A model generated the notes under the pieces. The model did no database searches. It was not told where the DNA came from and saw nothing but the letters and a program-made list of their open reading frames with translations. From assembly GCA_002269645.1 (NCBI GenBank), contig NIVC01000309.1, positions 1 to 64,000 on the forward strand: a DNA stretch of 64,000 nucleotides. Reading direction: 5' to 3'. Positions 61,746 to 64,000 of the stretch are shown one piece after another. The DNA is from Macrostomum lignano. Its lineage: Eukaryota. The position numbers and the translations under genes are program-made. Each line of letters opens with the position of its first letter. Within the stretch, counting starts at the first letter, position 1.

Positions 61746-62993
61746 ATGTTTTGGAACGCTCTGGTGTTGCTGCTGCTAATGCTGGCCGCAGTTCCTACCG
61801 ATGTTGACTCAGCCAGCCTTGCAGAAGTCTGCGGCCACAGCTGCAACTTTACCAGCCTGTATCAGGGCCTGTCGCGAACTCTGACAGCCGCAGCCACCTC
61901 AACGGAAGATAACGACAGGGAACTCGCCGATTCTGTGGCAGACTTTGCTAGCGGCTTGTCCGCGCTCAACCTTCGCCTCCGACAGGAGCTCGCACAGGCC
62001 GCCAACTGCGCCAGACGCTGGCTGAAAGGACCAGTTGGCTCCAACTGCTACCTCTGCTGCCCTGACCCGACTCTGGGCGATCTGATCCCCGCGATGAACT
62101 GCATCAAAACTGAGGTGAAGCTCAGTATAGCCGGCGCTGACAGGGCAGCCGCAACCGCGCTGCCGCGATCCTACAACTATCCCGACTTGGCCTTCGACAC
62201 GCACAACGTCTTCTCGGGCGCCTTTATGGACTTCGTGCGGCAGCTAGCGATTGATTCTAGGCAGGCCCGTCTTGAACTGGACACATTTGGCGTGTTCTAC
62301 AGCCGACTTCGGCTGTTGCCGGACAAACAGAACATCACCTTGACGCCAATGGATTACAGCGACTGTCTTAGACTGCGTCCGCTTTGGCGCAACATGTTTG
62401 GCGTGGCGTTGCAGCAGCTGGTTATGCGCGAGGTTGTCGCGTCAGGATCCGCCCAAGGCTATTCCAAGGACTCCGAGGCGGTTTGGCGAGCTTATTTAAA
62501 CGTGGCCGACATTGCTACGCGAGCGACAATTGCGTGCAACTCCATTTCAGCTAGCAAGTCACGCAGCGTTCTCGATGTCGGTGGACCGCATAGCCGCATC
62601 GCGTTGGCAGTTCTGCTGCCGATTCTGTTTCTGCTGTTTCTGGCAATTTTAATCGTGATTTTATTGCGCCGCCGACGGAAGCAACAGCGACGAAGGCGTG
62701 AATTTGCTATGGATCAGCCCACTGCGGATACAGTCGATGAGCAAGGTTCCGCTGTAGCTGCCATTATAAACAGAAAAATCACCGACAATAACGAGACGAA
62801 CTGCGAGGAACGCGTCAGAGCAACAGCCGATAAAGATGACATCGAGGACGGCGACGATGACGCTGACTGCGGCGACACAACGTCCAGACCATCCGCTGAT
62901 GGGGCTGACCTGGGGGCGGCTGCGGCAGCAGGCATCGACAGTGTGCTCCGCCGGCCTGACGGCAGTGTGATCAATGATCCTGATGAGATGTGA
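61746..62993 (+). CDS. Single-coding-exon type I membrane protein of unknown family (415 aa)
   Basis: MFWNALVLLLLMLAAVP signal peptide; Cys-containing ectodomain; IALAVLLPILFLLFLAILIVILL TM followed by RRRRK; acidic tail; strong acceptor ttatttctctgtaacag just upstream of the ATG. Confidence 0.78.
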   Translation: MFWNALVLLLLMLAAVPTDVDSASLAEVCGHSCNFTSLYQGLSRTLTAAATSTEDNDRELADSVADFASGLSALNLRLRQELAQAANCARRWLKGPVGSNCYLCCPDPTLGDLIPAMNCIKTEVKLSIAGADRAAATALPRSYNYPDLAFDTHNVFSGAFMDFVRQLAIDSRQARLELDTFGVFYSRLRLLPDKQNITLTPMDYSDCLRLRPLWRNMFGVALQQLVMREVVASGSAQGYSKDSEAVWRAYLNVADIATRATIACNSISASKSRSVLDVGGPHSRIALAVLLPILFLLFLAILIVILLRRRRKQQRRRREFAMDQPTADTVDEQGSAVAAIINRKITDNNETNCEERVRATADKDDIEDGDDDADCGDTTSRPSADGADLGAAAAAGIDSVLRRPDGSVINDPDEM

Positions 62994-63166
62994 CTTGTGG
63001 GAGTAACGAGCCTTCAGTTTTCTAGTCAGTAGCAACAATATTTACTTTTCATTTCGCATATCGTGCATAGCTCGATTAGTTCCATTTCTAATTGTGATTA
63101 TCGCCGATTCGATGTAGATATTATAGGATTTTTCGTTTGATTTCATAAAATTGTCATTTGATTTCG

Positions 63167-64000
63167 TCCATAGAAGTTGGCAGCGCGGCCATAGAGTCTA
63201 TGGCAATAAAGTGCGCTGTTTTCCGATTGAATTCATAACTTTGCCACTTCATTTCGACTTGACGCGCGGAGTGACTCAAACACTGCCAGAGGTGGCTGGG
63301 ATATCAGTGGGTGAATATCTATGGCCAAACCTCTCATAGAAATGAAAAGCCTATATAAACGTGTCCTCTTCTTGGGCAACAGTCACCTTCCTTGTGTGCC
63401 TAAAAATGGCTGCATACGCGTCCATTGGAAACGTATAAACGCGGCCAATCGTATTCAACTGCGAACTCTGCCACCGTACTCTCCATTTCTTAACGCCGCG
63501 GAGCAGGCACACAGTTGTCTCAAGACTTCGCTTAAACGCCAGCTAGCAACACCTGAGCTTCAACAGGAACTTAGCTATCCGCCTGATGGCATCAACCTAA
63601 CGCAGTGGAGACTCATGGTTCTTTTCCGCTGCGGCTACGTTGCACTAGAGGAAATTTCCGCCGCGAAGTGCCTTGCCTGGGAACGACATGTGATGCGGTT
63701 TCTGCCCCTGTGCATCAATGAGCAGCAGATAATGTGAAATTTGTAGCTTGTTGCAGCGAACGAGCATTAACTTTGGCGGACATAACTGATTTCACTGTTG
63801 CAACTGCCTACTTCCTCATGTGACTTAAATACACAGCTTTCTGTTTTTAACAGTTCTTTTTGTACTGGACAAGCGCATCGGCTTTTCTGTTGCCTTTCTA
63901 CTGGGTATGTCGAAATGAAGTGGCAAAGTTATGAATTCAATCGGAAAACAGCGCACTTTATTGCCATAGACTCTATGGCCGCGCTGCCAACTTCTATGGA
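63167..64000 (+). mobile_element. Internally deleted Tc1/IS630-superfamily DNA transposon (truncated by the window end)
   Basis: Perfect 92-bp inverted repeats at 63167-63258 and 63909-64000, flanking a transposase C-terminal fragment (63321-63737) with LPPYSPFLNAAE motif. Confidence 0.85.

Overview
Eukaryotic (metazoan) genomic DNA, very rich in tandem repeats. The architecture resembles a free-living flatworm such as Macrostomum, but that is inference. The main feature is an L-type voltage-gated calcium channel alpha-1 (Cav1) gene on the minus strand. I reconstructed 20 coding exons by hand from 40429 down to 1768, with consistent GT-AG phases, covering the N-terminus to IVS3; the gene continues off the left edge. 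It contains a pair of 107-nt mutually exclusive exons for the IIIS2-S3 linker/IIIS3. Its 7.3-kb intron (3582-10900) hosts three nested genes: an intronless miniature Crumbs (LamG-EGF-EGF-TM-FERM motif-ERLI), a 3-exon PYROXD2, and a small signal-peptide/KKEL orphan. Most Cav1 introns carry their own private minisatellite, often abutting a splice site; one array is a 7-fold amplification of the exon/donor junction itself. To the right lie about 16 kb of satellite-laden intergenic DNA, a 3-exon Ig-domain membrane protein gene with an in-frame TGA, an orphan type I membrane protein gene and a deleted Tc1/IS630-type transposon. Most long ORFs in the supplied track are repeat artefacts. All calls are by eye; no database searches were run.
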